The notes under the pieces were generated by a model. The model searched no databases and was not told the origin of the DNA. It saw nothing but the letters and a program-made list of their open reading frames with translations. A stretch of DNA of 64,000 bases from Alphaproteobacteria bacterium. Its GTDB lineage: Bacteria; Pseudomonadota; Alphaproteobacteria; VGEJ01. Each line of letters begins with the position of its first letter. Positions within the stretch are counted from its first letter, which is position 1. Positions 28,105-37,332 of the stretch are shown one piece after another. The translations under genes and the position numbers were made by a program. The stretch covers positions 2,176,616 through 2,240,615 of the forward strand of contig CBDCMV010000003.1 in NCBI GenBank assembly GCA_965219135.1, read 5' to 3'.

Positions 28105-29682
28105 ATGAAAATCTCGCATACCGTCGAGGCGCTCGACAGCGCCGCAGCATGGTCGCGCCTCGCACGGGTCCTCGGCGGCGCGGGCCTTGATGTCGTGCGC
28201 AACACGATCCGGCATCTCCGCGTGCTCGACGTCAAGTGTTACGTTCTCGAGGATCCCTACATCGATCGTGACTACTCGGCAGATTACGCCCAGTTTTACG
28301 CCCTTACGTTCCACGCCCACGAGCGCCACTGCAAGCGCGTCCACTTCTTCTCGCAGGACATCTCACCGCTGCTCCACCGGCCACTGTCGACCGATCGACT
28401 GAATGACCTGGGCGACCTTGCAAAGGGCGCCTATTACGGCTTCTGCGTCGTCCGACCCCTGTCAGCCGCTCCGATCGGCAGAACGGTTCTGCTGGCCCGC
28501 CTCGGCAACGGCTTCAACATGGAGGCCGCCGTAACCTGCCGCGCCGACATCAACGCCCACCTCCTCGGCACGCGATTGCAAGTCACCGGGACCTCCTTCC
28601 TCCAGCAGGACTCCCGCGTGGGCGCCTGCGCCCAGGTCGCCATCTGGGCCGGCATGCGCCACATGCACGCACGGCACAACTACAACTGGGTATCCGTCGC
28701 CGACATCACGCGATTCGCCGGTCTCCCATCCGTGACGGAAGCGGTGTCGCTGCCCAACGCGTCGGACCGCCTGTCGTCTGACGCAATGGTGCGGGCAATA
28801 GCCGAGGCCGGCTATCAGCCCCTTTGTCTGCCGCGTCCGGGCATCGGCCACGCCATCCTCCCATATGTCGAGTCCGGCATCCCCGTCATCCTCGGCCTCG
28901 ACATCGGCAGCACGGTCGGCCACGCCGTCACGGTCGTCGGCCGCGTGTTTGCAAGGCAGGGGAATCCGACCACCAGCGCATTCGACTACGTCCCCGCCTA
29001 TATCGTCCACGACGATCAGAGCGGCCCCTACATGTGGCTCCCGGCGGACAAGCATGCCAGCACGACATTTTCCTTCAGCGACGACACCATCAAGCGCGAC
29101 ACTCTCGGCGGTCCCATCGAGTTGAACGTGGAGTGCCACGCCGTCTTCGCCGTAGCCCTCATGTCCAAGAGAGTCTTCTCCACCGCCGCGCGCGCCGAAC
29201 ACAACGCCTGGAGCCAGATCGATGAGAACCTGAAGGCCCTGCCCGATGCACGCAAAGCCCTCACCGAACTAGATATACCGGTGAACGAGATGCTGATGGA
29301 CGAGCTGCAGTCGGCCCACAGCGACGGCAATATCGTCCTACGGACGTACTTGACCTCCGCTGCCGGCTACCGGCGCCACCTCGCCCAAGGCTCAGCAAGC
29401 CACGCGCTCAAGGACGCGCTCCTACACCTCCATCTGCCGCATTTCTCGTGGATCACCGAGATTTCCACCATCGACTCGTACAACCAGCCCTCTCCCGGGC
29501 TGCGACGCATCTACGGCCACACGGTTCTGGACGCGACCTCAACCGCCGAACTCAAGGACGCCCTGCTCGTGCTCCATCTTCCCGGACTGCTCCTCACCAA
29601 GGACCCCAACGCGCGAGGCAAACAACAAATCACCGCCATCGAAGACGACAAACTGTACGAGTGCCGCGAAAAGCGCCTCTAG
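28105..29682 (+). CDS. Papain-fold cysteine peptidase domain protein (525 aa); candidate peptidase or effector of the adjacent Ubl system
   Basis: Catalytic-Cys context 'QQDSRVGACAQVAIWAG'. Catalytic-His context 'GSTVGHAVTVVGRVF' (papain-like G-H-A-V-x-x-V-G). Its 3' end converges on the JAB-E1 gene with a 4-nt overlap. Confidence 0.5.
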   Translation: MKISHTVEALDSAAAWSRLARVLGGAGLDVVRNTIRHLRVLDVKCYVLEDPYIDRDYSADYAQFYALTFHAHERHCKRVHFFSQDISPLLHRPLSTDRLNDLGDLAKGAYYGFCVVRPLSAAPIGRTVLLARLGNGFNMEAAVTCRADINAHLLGTRLQVTGTSFLQQDSRVGACAQVAIWAGMRHMHARHNYNWVSVADITRFAGLPSVTEAVSLPNASDRLSSDAMVRAIAEAGYQPLCLPRPGIGHAILPYVESGIPVILGLDIGSTVGHAVTVVGRVFARQGNPTTSAFDYVPAYIVHDDQSGPYMWLPADKHASTTFSFSDDTIKRDTLGGPIELNVECHAVFAVALMSKRVFSTAARAEHNAWSQIDENLKALPDARKALTELDIPVNEMLMDELQSAHSDGNIVLRTYLTSAAGYRRHLAQGSASHALKDALLHLHLPHFSWITEISTIDSYNQPSPGLRRIYGHTVLDATSTAELKDALLVLHLPGLLLTKDPNARGKQQITAIEDDKLYECREKRL

Positions 29683-31100
29683 CCCCCAGCCGGCCTCGTC
29701 GGCAGCATCGCGTTATCGCCCATTCCCATCCGGCTGTGCTCCTTCCCCGAACACTCGGCGCAGTCTTCGCCCCGTGTTGGCATGTCATAGCCTGCGACCG
29801 CACGACGGGAGTTCCACCGGAACCACCCGGACTCGGCGTCGGCGTATTTCAGGCCCGTCAGGTGGAACAGGAAGTCGTCCGCGGCGTGTGCGCAAGCGAT
29901 CGCGTTCATCGTCACCACGCTGGGTGCCACGACGTCCGGGTCGTCCACATACGCGTAGCCGCGCTTGGCTGCGTCTGGCACGGCTTCGTCCTGCAATCGT
30001 GCCGGACTGATGAGTCCGTTGCACCAGAGGCATCCTTGTTCGGGCGTGACCATTCGACTGACGCAAAACACGTTCCCGACCGTCCCATCCTCCGCGACCG
30101 GAATCTTGGCTCCCACCTGGATGCCCGGGATCCCATACTGGTGCACGATGGCGTTGAACAGCAGCCGCGCCCCCATCGTGTCCGCCGCCAGAAACAGGAA
30201 ATCGCAGTCCGTGAAGCGCGCTGCGACGTCGGCTTCCAGGAAATCTCTCGGTACTGCCTCGATGCGCGCCTCCCGATTTGCACGACGAATGTTGCGGGTC
30301 GCCATGCGCACCTTGCGACTCTGGAGCCTGGGAGCAATCGCCCGCGGCAGCCATGACGGTACGACCGCGTCGCGGCGGCGCGCGGCGATGAGCCGCGGCA
30401 GGTTCGTATGCTCGGCCTTCTCCGGATCCGCGAGCACGAACTCCCCGACTCCGAGCCGACCCAGAAGCTCCGCCAGCACAGAGCCCGCGCCCCCCAGCCC
30501 GACGATACCGACGCGTGTCCGCCGCAGCAGCAACTGACCTGCGTCGCCGAACAGGCGGCTTTGCCGGTCGTATATTCCCACCGCGACCGCCTTCTTCTCC
30601 GGCTTGGGAAACAAAATCTGCCGGCGATGCCCGACGATTGTGGCGTGGCTCAGCTCCGCGCGCTCGCATCCCGGAAACCACAGGTCCCCGGCTACCGCCG
30701 ACTGTGCGAGCACCAGCGCGCCAACCGGCATGCCCCGCGCAATGTCGAGCAGCGCCGGATACCCCCGTTCGTGGGACGCCATGTCGGGCTCTGAAAATCC
30801 GACCGAATTCGTGCCACCATGGTTGTGGATCGCGAGATAGGCCAGTCTGCGGTCTCTCGCACGCAGAATCCTGCTCTGGATGAACTCCGCCTTCAGCATG
30901 CGGTAGCCCCGCTTGCCAGGCACGTAATCGACGCCATCTTTGGCCAGGTGAAGCTCTCGCGCGACCAGCCGCAGGCCCCGGTCCGACTCGCAGGTGCCAG
31001 CCAGGATCACCGCGCCGTGTTCGTCGCCGTCGCCGGGGAACAGGTGCCGGTGCAGATCGCCGTACAGCCCGGCGGGGATTGTCAGCCTCCAGGGCCTCAT
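29679..31100 (-). CDS. JAB/MPN metallopeptidase :: E1-like (ThiF/MoeB) fusion protein, system A
   Basis: Start 'MRPWRLTIPAGL' overlaps the upstream E2-like stop (TGATG). JAMM-like 'E...HNHGGTNSVGFSEPD'. E1 Rossmann 'VGIVGLGGAGSVLAELLGRLGVGEFVLAD'. Cys-rich 'CLWCNG'. Confidence 0.7.
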   Translation of the reverse strand: MRPWRLTIPAGLYGDLHRHLFPGDGDEHGAVILAGTCESDRGLRLVARELHLAKDGVDYVPGKRGYRMLKAEFIQSRILRARDRRLAYLAIHNHGGTNSVGFSEPDMASHERGYPALLDIARGMPVGALVLAQSAVAGDLWFPGCERAELSHATIVGHRRQILFPKPEKKAVAVGIYDRQSRLFGDAGQLLLRRTRVGIVGLGGAGSVLAELLGRLGVGEFVLADPEKAEHTNLPRLIAARRRDAVVPSWLPRAIAPRLQSRKVRMATRNIRRANREARIEAVPRDFLEADVAARFTDCDFLFLAADTMGARLLFNAIVHQYGIPGIQVGAKIPVAEDGTVGNVFCVSRMVTPEQGCLWCNGLISPARLQDEAVPDAAKRGYAYVDDPDVVAPSVVTMNAIACAHAADDFLFHLTGLKYADAESGWFRWNSRRAVAGYDMPTRGEDCAECSGKEHSRMGMGDNAMLPTRPAGG

Positions 31101-31489
31101 CACTGGGTCTTCATCCACGTCACCACCTTCAACAGCTTCAACGCCGCCGTATCCCTCTCCGGGTTCAGTCGGTTCGAGCGGCGAGAGATCTGAATCGCCT
31201 GCTGGCCTCGGAACGATGCCGTCCCGAACCCGCTGCCCAGGCCCGCTCCCTCCGATCGCGCCAGCTCCGGGTTCGTGAAATGCGGATACACGTCGGCGTA
31301 TGGGTATTGGAACGTGATGTGGAAGCCGAACCACGCTTCGGCCTGTGCGTAGGGGTATCCCAGCGGGACGCGCCTGACCACCACGACCGCTCCGGCCGAG
31401 CCGTCCGGCTCCACCTCCACGTCACACCCCTCGAACGTGCAGCGGATCTCCTCGATGGCCTGCGCCACTGCCGGGGTGAGGTTGCTCAT
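31100..31489 (-). CDS. E2/UBC-fold protein lacking the catalytic Cys (UEV-like), system A
   Basis: 'VVVVRRVPLGYPYAQAEAWFGFHITFQYPYADVYPHF' parallels UBC '[20 protein letters not shown]'. The following HPN-Cys position is 'TNPE...GSGFG', with no Cys. Stop and start overlaps (ATGA) with both neighbours. Confidence 0.5.
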   Translation of the reverse strand: MSNLTPAVAQAIEEIRCTFEGCDVEVEPDGSAGAVVVVRRVPLGYPYAQAEAWFGFHITFQYPYADVYPHFTNPELARSEGAGLGSGFGTASFRGQQAIQISRRSNRLNPERDTAALKLLKVVTWMKTQ

Positions 31490-31752
31490 GAATTGTCGTC
31501 GTTCTCGATCGCCAGGAAGCGCTCGCCCTCATGCACCACGATTTCCTCGTTGTCGCCGACTAGCTTTGTCTTGCCGCCGCCGAGTTCGATGCTGAGTACG
31601 AAATTCTCCTTGATGTTCACGTCCTGCTCGATGGCCGCCTTCTTGACGCTCGCACCTGTCTGCTTCGCGCCCTCGAGCACCACCGGCTTTTCGTTCACCG
31701 TGACGTCGAACTTGCCGTCGTTCACCTTGTTCACCTCTTGCTCGCTCGCCAT
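31486..31752 (-). CDS. Ubiquitin-like beta-grasp protein (88 aa), system A
   Basis: ATG 31752 with AAAGAGG RBS. 'KFDVTVNEKPVVLEGAKQTGASVKKAAIEQDVNIKENFVLSIELGGGKTKLVGDNEEIVVHEGERFLAI' resembles ThiS/MoaD/Ub strand order. The stop overlaps the E2-like start (ATGA). Confidence 0.5.
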   Translation of the reverse strand: MASEQEVNKVNDGKFDVTVNEKPVVLEGAKQTGASVKKAAIEQDVNIKENFVLSIELGGGKTKLVGDNEEIVVHEGERFLAIENDDNS

Positions 31753-31824
31753 GTCCACACCTCTTTCAATGTTGGCGTTGAATTGCTATCATGCAATATA
31801 TCGTACTGACCTCTGATTGCAAGA

Positions 31825-32196
31825 GTGAAATCGATGGATGACCGGACCAATCGCTTTGACGTCGACGCGCTGCATGCCGCCATGGACTCCGAGCGGCGTT
31901 CCCGGCGTCTCACATGGAAGGAAGTAGCAGCGGAGTCGGGTGTCAGCGCGTCGACCCTCACTCGCCTGTCCCAGGGCCGTCAACCGGACGTCAACAGCCT
32001 TGCGGCACTAACCGCTTGGCTCGGCATGTCTGCCGACCAATTCATGCGCGACGGGCAGGTCGCGCAATTCGGTAGTGCGAGCCCGCTCGCGCAGATCTCG
32101 TCCATCATCCACCGCGACCCCCACCTCAGTCCTGAAGGCGGCGCCGCACTCGAGGAATTAATCAGAGCGACGTACGCACGCCTGAGAACGGACTAG
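31825..32196 (+). CDS. XRE-family (Cro/CI-type) HTH transcriptional regulator, divergent from the Ubl operon
   Basis: 'LTWKEVAAESGVSASTLTRLSQGRQPDVNSLAALTAWLGMSADQF'. Confidence 0.75.
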   Translation: MKSMDDRTNRFDVDALHAAMDSERRSRRLTWKEVAAESGVSASTLTRLSQGRQPDVNSLAALTAWLGMSADQFMRDGQVAQFGSASPLAQISSIIHRDPHLSPEGGAALEELIRATYARLRTD

Positions 32197-32335
32197 GACA
32201 CGCCCACAGACTGACCGCGGTCACGGCATCTAGGTACCGCTCCGTTGGGCGGCGCCCTCCAATGTTGATCGGCGTCCAATTTTGACCCCCCTAGGTCCAC
32301 TAAAATCAACGGGCTAGCGTGCTTATCGGCGTCCA

Positions 32336-32576
32336 ATCGACACGCCGATCAACAGTCATGGCCCTTGCCGGCAGCGTCGGTCTCGACATCCAACGCCTTC
32401 GCCGCGACATGGAGGATCCCGCCATCGAGAACTACCTCGACGAAGCAAGGCGCCTGGCCCGGGTCCTGGGCATCCGCGGGACTCCTGCGTTCGTGATCGG
32501 CGACACCCTGGTTCCGGGCGTCGTCGGCGATGCCCGCCTGAAGGAACTCATCACCAAGGCCCGGTCGGGCAGCTAA
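32336..32576 (+). pseudogene. dsbA 3' fragment (direct repeat copy 2; the repeat spans 32336-32788)
   Basis: Encodes 'ALAGSVGLDIQRLRRDMEDPAIENYLDEARRLARVLGIRGTPAFVIGDTLVPGVVGDARLKELITKARSGS', the C-terminal 80 aa of DsbA only. Confidence 0.8.
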
Positions 32577-32799
32577 GGCCGCGGTCGGCCGTAAGCTGGT
32601 GCAGTCGGAACGCACGGCCCCGCGTTCCGCGCCGGCATGTTCATGCCGTATTTTCCATCCCGTCTGCCTGCGGGCCGGGACGGGCTCATCTTCCGGGCGT
32701 GTTGTTCGGCTCCAAACATTGACCCCTGACAATTGAAGGGGATCAACAACTGGCGGAGCTGATCGGCGTCGAAGGGCCGCGCCGGTCAACACTCGTAGC

Positions 32800-32935
32800 G
32801 GGCAGCGCTCCGTTCGTTGTCGCGTGGTGCCTTGCCGCGATGACGATGGTACCCGTGCCTGGCGTGCGCGAACGGTCGACGATCAGGATGTCGCCGGCCG
32901 GGATCCCGTGTTCGGCCATGTCTCCTGAAAAAACC
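32800..32935 (-). pseudogene. umuD internal fragment (about 130 bp)
   Basis: 'GDMAEHGIPAGDILIVDRSRTPGTGTIVIAA' versus the intact UmuD 'GGMAEHGILAGDTLIVDRSRTPGTGSIVMAA'. Confidence 0.7.
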
Positions 32936-33114
32936 TTCGACAGCACCAGCCCGGATCGCAAAACTCCCTCAAACCCGAACGCTCGGCGGAATCAGGTCTC
33001 GACAGTTACCAATTCAAAAAGTTCTCGACACCACTTATTGCGCTTTTCCATACCTGGCGCAGGAAGAATTTGCCGCAAATGACACCCATCGTCGTGTGTT
33101 GCTGTGCACCTATA

Positions 33115-34860
33115 TCATCCCCAATGAACTTCCTTGTAGTCTAGTAGTTCACTACCATGAAATTTCTCCGTCTTGTTTCCTTGCCGCACCCAAAAATCGG
33201 TGAACTCTTTACTATTCGCCGGACGAGCGAAAACGGGCTTGGCCGACGCGGCCACGTCTATGCGGCATACATCCTCACTACTCACCTCGTGAAATGAAAT
33301 TCGGCACAATGCTGGAGAAGGGCCCGAAATTTTATCTCCTATGAGTTGGGTGAGAAAACGCTCAAATCCATCTCGGTTTCGGTCGGACAACGTTGCGTAG
33401 TCTTCTTCGAGACCGGTCACCGTTCCATCATCTGCGACCCCGATGAGTAACGATCCCCCTTCGCCATTCATGAATCCGGCGACGCTTTTGACGATGATTT
33501 GCTCGCTTTTTCCTTTCGTGTCCGTCCCATAGCTCCACCTTGCGCGCTCCTTAAACTCTAGAATATTGGATTCGCCATTGACAACGAGGTCTAGAATCGA
33601 TGCTCGGCCTGCCGGTGCCTCAACCTTGCTCTCCCATAGTCTTTCGAAACCCTTCCTAACCACCTGCGCGATTAGCTTTCGACGTTTTTCACAGAACTCC
33701 GCATAGTCGAGTTGTTCCCAACCGGTTGGCAAGGCATGCCAGTGTATCTGGCGCTTCAGCCGTTCAGCGTCCGGAGTTTCAGTCATTGTCACCCAATATT
33801 CCTGCGGCGACTTGCTGGAAATTGCCAAATTGTCCGACCAATCCACGAAGGCCATATTGGCGATCGCATTGACCCTTGCGTTATCGGTAATGTTAAGGGT
33901 CGCGAGATAAGCCTTGGGAAACAGATGATGGCGCTCCATGTCTTTCACCGGCGTGACAACGGGATCGAGCATGGTCGAGACTTTTTTCTCCGAGAACAGC
34001 ACTTCTGCTTCAAGAATATTCAAGGCTGCCCAGTACGCTGCCAACGGTGGTGATTTAGCTGATGAAGTATCAAGTCGGTTGGGGAGCGTAATGTCCCAAT
34101 AATCCTGGGTAAAGGAATCGCGCACAATGCGATCTAGCGTTTGACAAAACTTCTCAGCATCCCCCGCTGGAAAATCTCCGATGCGGTTTAAATCGGCCTC
34201 CAATTGCGTTTCTGCAGACCCGGTATAGCGACCCATCGTGTGTGCCATGAACCACCAACGCGCAATAACCTGGCGTAGCCTCCTTAGGTCTACGCCGTAT
34301 TCCGTACGGCCGAGCAACCACAAGATGTATACAAACATGAGTGCAGCTTCGGAGGAGATCATGCGACTAGAGCGGAAGCCGGCATGTTGGAGGCATTTTA
34401 GGTACTCATGCCAGTTCGTAAGATCAAGCGCGGCATCGTGCGCGACTTGAAGTCTCGAAAATTGTGAGTCACGACGTTCCGTGCTGAACTGTCCGGTATC
34501 CAAGTCTTTTCCACGGAGTATGGAGTAGACGTAATTTAAGCGACCACGTCGGAATGCGAGCCCGACGGACGACCTCAGTAATTGATCTGGGGATGGTTCG
34601 ATGAAGTGGTTGAAGGGAGACGGTCCGTTAGTGCTGGGCACTTTGGCCAAGCGTGAAAAGTCTTCTAGTTCACGCCGGCCCTTTTCCCAAAAGACCGACA
34701 TCAACGTCAATATGAAATCCGCATTGTTGAGACGAACACCTTCGCTGTTTATTCGCACGAAGACTTCAGCAACGTGTTCTTCGTCCACCTCACGATCGAG
34801 TTCGATTGCCTGGAAAGGATAGTTCTGGAGGTCTTTGAGTCGATCTATATTTTCAACAAG
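33115..34860 (-). pseudogene. GmrSD-like type IV restriction-type protein (DUF262 C-portion + DUF1524 His-Me finger) fused to a C-terminal AlbA_2/Schlafen-like domain; 5'-truncated at the 34860 junction; low-GC block
   Basis: 'HHLFPKAYL' DUF1524-type motif. C-terminal 'ILEFKERARW...SVAGFMNGEGGSLLIGVADDGTVTGL' AlbA_2 motif. The frame is open up to a TAG exactly at the GC-composition junction about 34860. No DGQQR N-terminal motif and no canonical start there; the first in-frame GTG is at 34788. Confidence 0.5.
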
Positions 34861-34861
34861 T

Positions 34862-35010
34862 CGGTTCTTCTCGTGTCGGTGATGTGGCTACGGGCTGTCG
34901 AGGGGGGTCGGCCCGGACCGCTGGGATTTGATCGGCGCCTGCGTGGTGTTGATCGGCGCCGGCATCATCCTCTTCGCGCCGCACGGTGCCTGAACGGTAT
35001 CCTCGCAGCA
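34862..35010 (+). pseudogene. EamA/DMT-family transporter C-terminal fragment
   Basis: '...GYGLSRGVGPDRWDLIGACVVLIGAGIILFAPHGA*' terminal TM helix only. It begins exactly at the low-GC insertion junction. Confidence 0.45.
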
Positions 35011-35216
35011 CCCGCGATTCGTTCGGGCGACGGGCCGGTGCCGTTCGGCGCTCGACCGGCGTGCCGAGCGACAGGAAATGATTTCGGCCGTTTCCTTTGG
35101 CTCCGGGGGCATCGCTGGGGCCCGCTTTCTCGGACAAATCCATGACGGAAGGCTCGAATCTCAACCTTCGGCGAACAGTTCCGGGGGCCTAACAATTCGA
35201 AAACCACTGCTCCTGG

Positions 35217-36659
35217 TCAGTCGCTAATTTCTTTCGACGTGCCTGCTGAGACGATCGGATCCTCATGTTCCACCAAAGGAAATGGAAAATCATCGCCCGT
35301 GCCCGTGTGCGCGACGAAGAGACAATCCGGGCTACAGTCGCATTTCATGTCGCTGTCCATCATTCCGGTCGCGAAGTGATAGGTCTGAGCACCCGGGTTG
35401 CCAATCCCCACAGGTTGCACCACCAGGCTCAGGAATTGCGCCACCATCAGCCCGGCTGACCCCAATGCGAATCCGAAGACGTTCTCGTTCTGCCGTAGAA
35501 CATGATTGGTCGGAAGCCGTTCGATATAGCTGGGGTCGTCGAGGAGCCCTTGCCGCTCAAGCGTGACGTTCGCCGGATCGAACTGGCCCAGACACTCCAG
35601 GCAGCGTCTGCCCGTGACAGCCACATGCGCCCCCCACTCGGCGCCCCGCAGCTGGCCGTTCGGCTTGACCCGAACAAGAATCCCTCCATCGACGACCGGG
35701 ATGTGGTGTGCGTAAGCCAGCATGTTCAGCACTTGCCGTGGCCAGGGTCTGTCCACACAGCTGAACAGAACGTCGCAATCGAGGGCGGCCTTCAGGCCGC
35801 ACTTCCGCGTGACGGACTTCGGGTGCACCCTGATATCCACGTTTTCGGCTGTGGCGTGCCCGACCAGATGCTCGGCTGCGACCTCCACCTTCGACCGACC
35901 GATATCGCCGACAGTCGCGTGAAGAAGCCTGTCGAGATTGTGCTCTTCGACCTCGTCGAAATCGATCAGGCTTACCGTTTGCACGCCCATTCTGACCAGG
36001 CTTTCGGCCACGATTGAGCCGACACTGCCAAGCCCGACGACGCCGCAGTGCAACCGAGCCAGCAGGTTCTGCTTAGACTCTCCCCATGCGGAATAAGTTC
36101 TTTTGAGCGCCTCCTTGAACTTCGGTTTCGGCGCCAATCGGTCCATGTAGGTCACGTCGAAAGCATCGCCCACGACGCGTACGCTCCCGCACCATCGCCG
36201 CTCGAACTCCCGTCTCCCGGTCCGAATCCAGAACCGGGCACTCAGGGCTCCATCGGTTCCCATTGTCAGCCCTATCAAGGGCAGGCCTGTCGTTCCCAGC
36301 ATCGATGGCGCCATGCGTCGCTCGCTTGTCACATCCATGTCGCTCATGCCCTGCCATCCGGGCGTGAGGTGGCTGTGTAGAAAAGCGACGCCGGCCTTCT
36401 TGGCCAAAGCTGCGTCCGCGACGCGATCAAGGTATTCGGGCAAGAAACTCACGTTACCGTGCAATCGTCGCTCGCCATCCCGCGGAAGCATTACTTCCGT
36501 CAGAACAGACGTTGTCCGCGTTCTACCCGTGCTTGGTGTCCACAGCGCAAAGCAAAGATCCTCCTGTCTCTGCCCCTTGGTCGTATGTTGAAGGAGGTGT
36601 CCTCTCAGGGTGTCAGCGACCTCGCACGGCAGCACAACACTGTATTCGACTGAGCTCAT
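35217..36659 (-). CDS. JAB/MPN :: E1-like (ThiF) fusion protein, system B (paralog of 29679-31100)
   Basis: Start 'MSSVEYSVVLPCEV' overlaps the upstream stop (ATGA). JAMM-like 'QED...FLHSHLTPGWQGMSDMD', same H-x-H-x8-S-x2-D spacing as system A. Rossmann 'CGVVGLGSVGSIVAESLVRMGVQTVSLID'. 'RRCLEC'. Confidence 0.7.
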   Translation of the reverse strand: MSSVEYSVVLPCEVADTLRGHLLQHTTKGQRQEDLCFALWTPSTGRTRTTSVLTEVMLPRDGERRLHGNVSFLPEYLDRVADAALAKKAGVAFLHSHLTPGWQGMSDMDVTSERRMAPSMLGTTGLPLIGLTMGTDGALSARFWIRTGRREFERRWCGSVRVVGDAFDVTYMDRLAPKPKFKEALKRTYSAWGESKQNLLARLHCGVVGLGSVGSIVAESLVRMGVQTVSLIDFDEVEEHNLDRLLHATVGDIGRSKVEVAAEHLVGHATAENVDIRVHPKSVTRKCGLKAALDCDVLFSCVDRPWPRQVLNMLAYAHHIPVVDGGILVRVKPNGQLRGAEWGAHVAVTGRRCLECLGQFDPANVTLERQGLLDDPSYIERLPTNHVLRQNENVFGFALGSAGLMVAQFLSLVVQPVGIGNPGAQTYHFATGMMDSDMKCDCSPDCLFVAHTGTGDDFPFPLVEHEDPIVSAGTSKEISD

Positions 36660-37039
36660 TGGCTTTCCCAAAGCGCACGTACGTGCTCCATGTATCGCAA
36701 GGTGTTCTTCGCACCAGACGACCAGTTCGGATGTGGCCGGCTCCAATACTGCCAATCAGACCCGAAGTGCTTGCTATGGCCGGTGCTGGAGTGGATATGT
36801 CCAGTAGGATGCGTTCCATCGGGTTGGTTCTGGTGAATCAGCTTGTGAATATGCGGACCGGACGGCGGCGAAAGCGGGAAGTCGGGCGGGGCAACGATAC
36901 CGATATCGACCTCCAGGCCCTCGTACTTCCCCACTTCGACCCGGTAAGACGGAATCATGATGTGGTGGTCGGGAAGTTCAACGACATCAGTTCCCGCATG
37001 CCGCAACTGATCGGCGAAGAGCGGCGCGCCAACTAGCAC
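36656..37039 (-). CDS. E2/UBC-fold protein without any cysteine (UEV-like), system B
   Basis: 'YRVEVGKYEGLEVDIGIVAPPDFPLSPPSGPHIHKL' UBC-core-like. The protein has zero Cys. GTG start overlaps the Ubl stop by 7 nt. Confidence 0.45.
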   Translation of the reverse strand: MLVGAPLFADQLRHAGTDVVELPDHHIMIPSYRVEVGKYEGLEVDIGIVAPPDFPLSPPSGPHIHKLIHQNQPDGTHPTGHIHSSTGHSKHFGSDWQYWSRPHPNWSSGAKNTLRYMEHVRALWESQ

Positions 37040-37296
37040 AGTGTTGTCGGTTCCGGTTGGTTGCCGGAAACGCCTGTTTCACCAAGATAGTGGCTAACGA
37101 ACTTCGCTCCTTCGAAGAGATCGATCTCCACTTCGCCCTTGTCCTTGTACGAGATCCTGCTGTCGCGCTTGATCTGGATTAGGTAATTCTGTTTCGGATC
37201 GAGTTCGCCCAACGCGAGAATTGCGTTGGCCGTCATCGTCTTTTCAGGGGCCGGGTAGGTCTCGTTGTCGATTTCAATCGTGAACAAGGCGGACAT
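37033..37296 (-). CDS. Ubiquitin-like beta-grasp protein (87 aa), system B
   Basis: ATG 37296 with GGAGA RBS. 'LFTIEIDNETYPAPEKTMTANAILALGELDPKQNYLIQIKRDSRISYKDKGEVEIDLFEGAKFVS' parallels the system A Ubl. Confidence 0.5.
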   Translation of the reverse strand: MSALFTIEIDNETYPAPEKTMTANAILALGELDPKQNYLIQIKRDSRISYKDKGEVEIDLFEGAKFVSHYLGETGVSGNQPEPTTLC

Positions 37297-37332
37297 TCTA
37301 ATCTCCTCGGATTGCGACTCGCTGTTGGTCCG

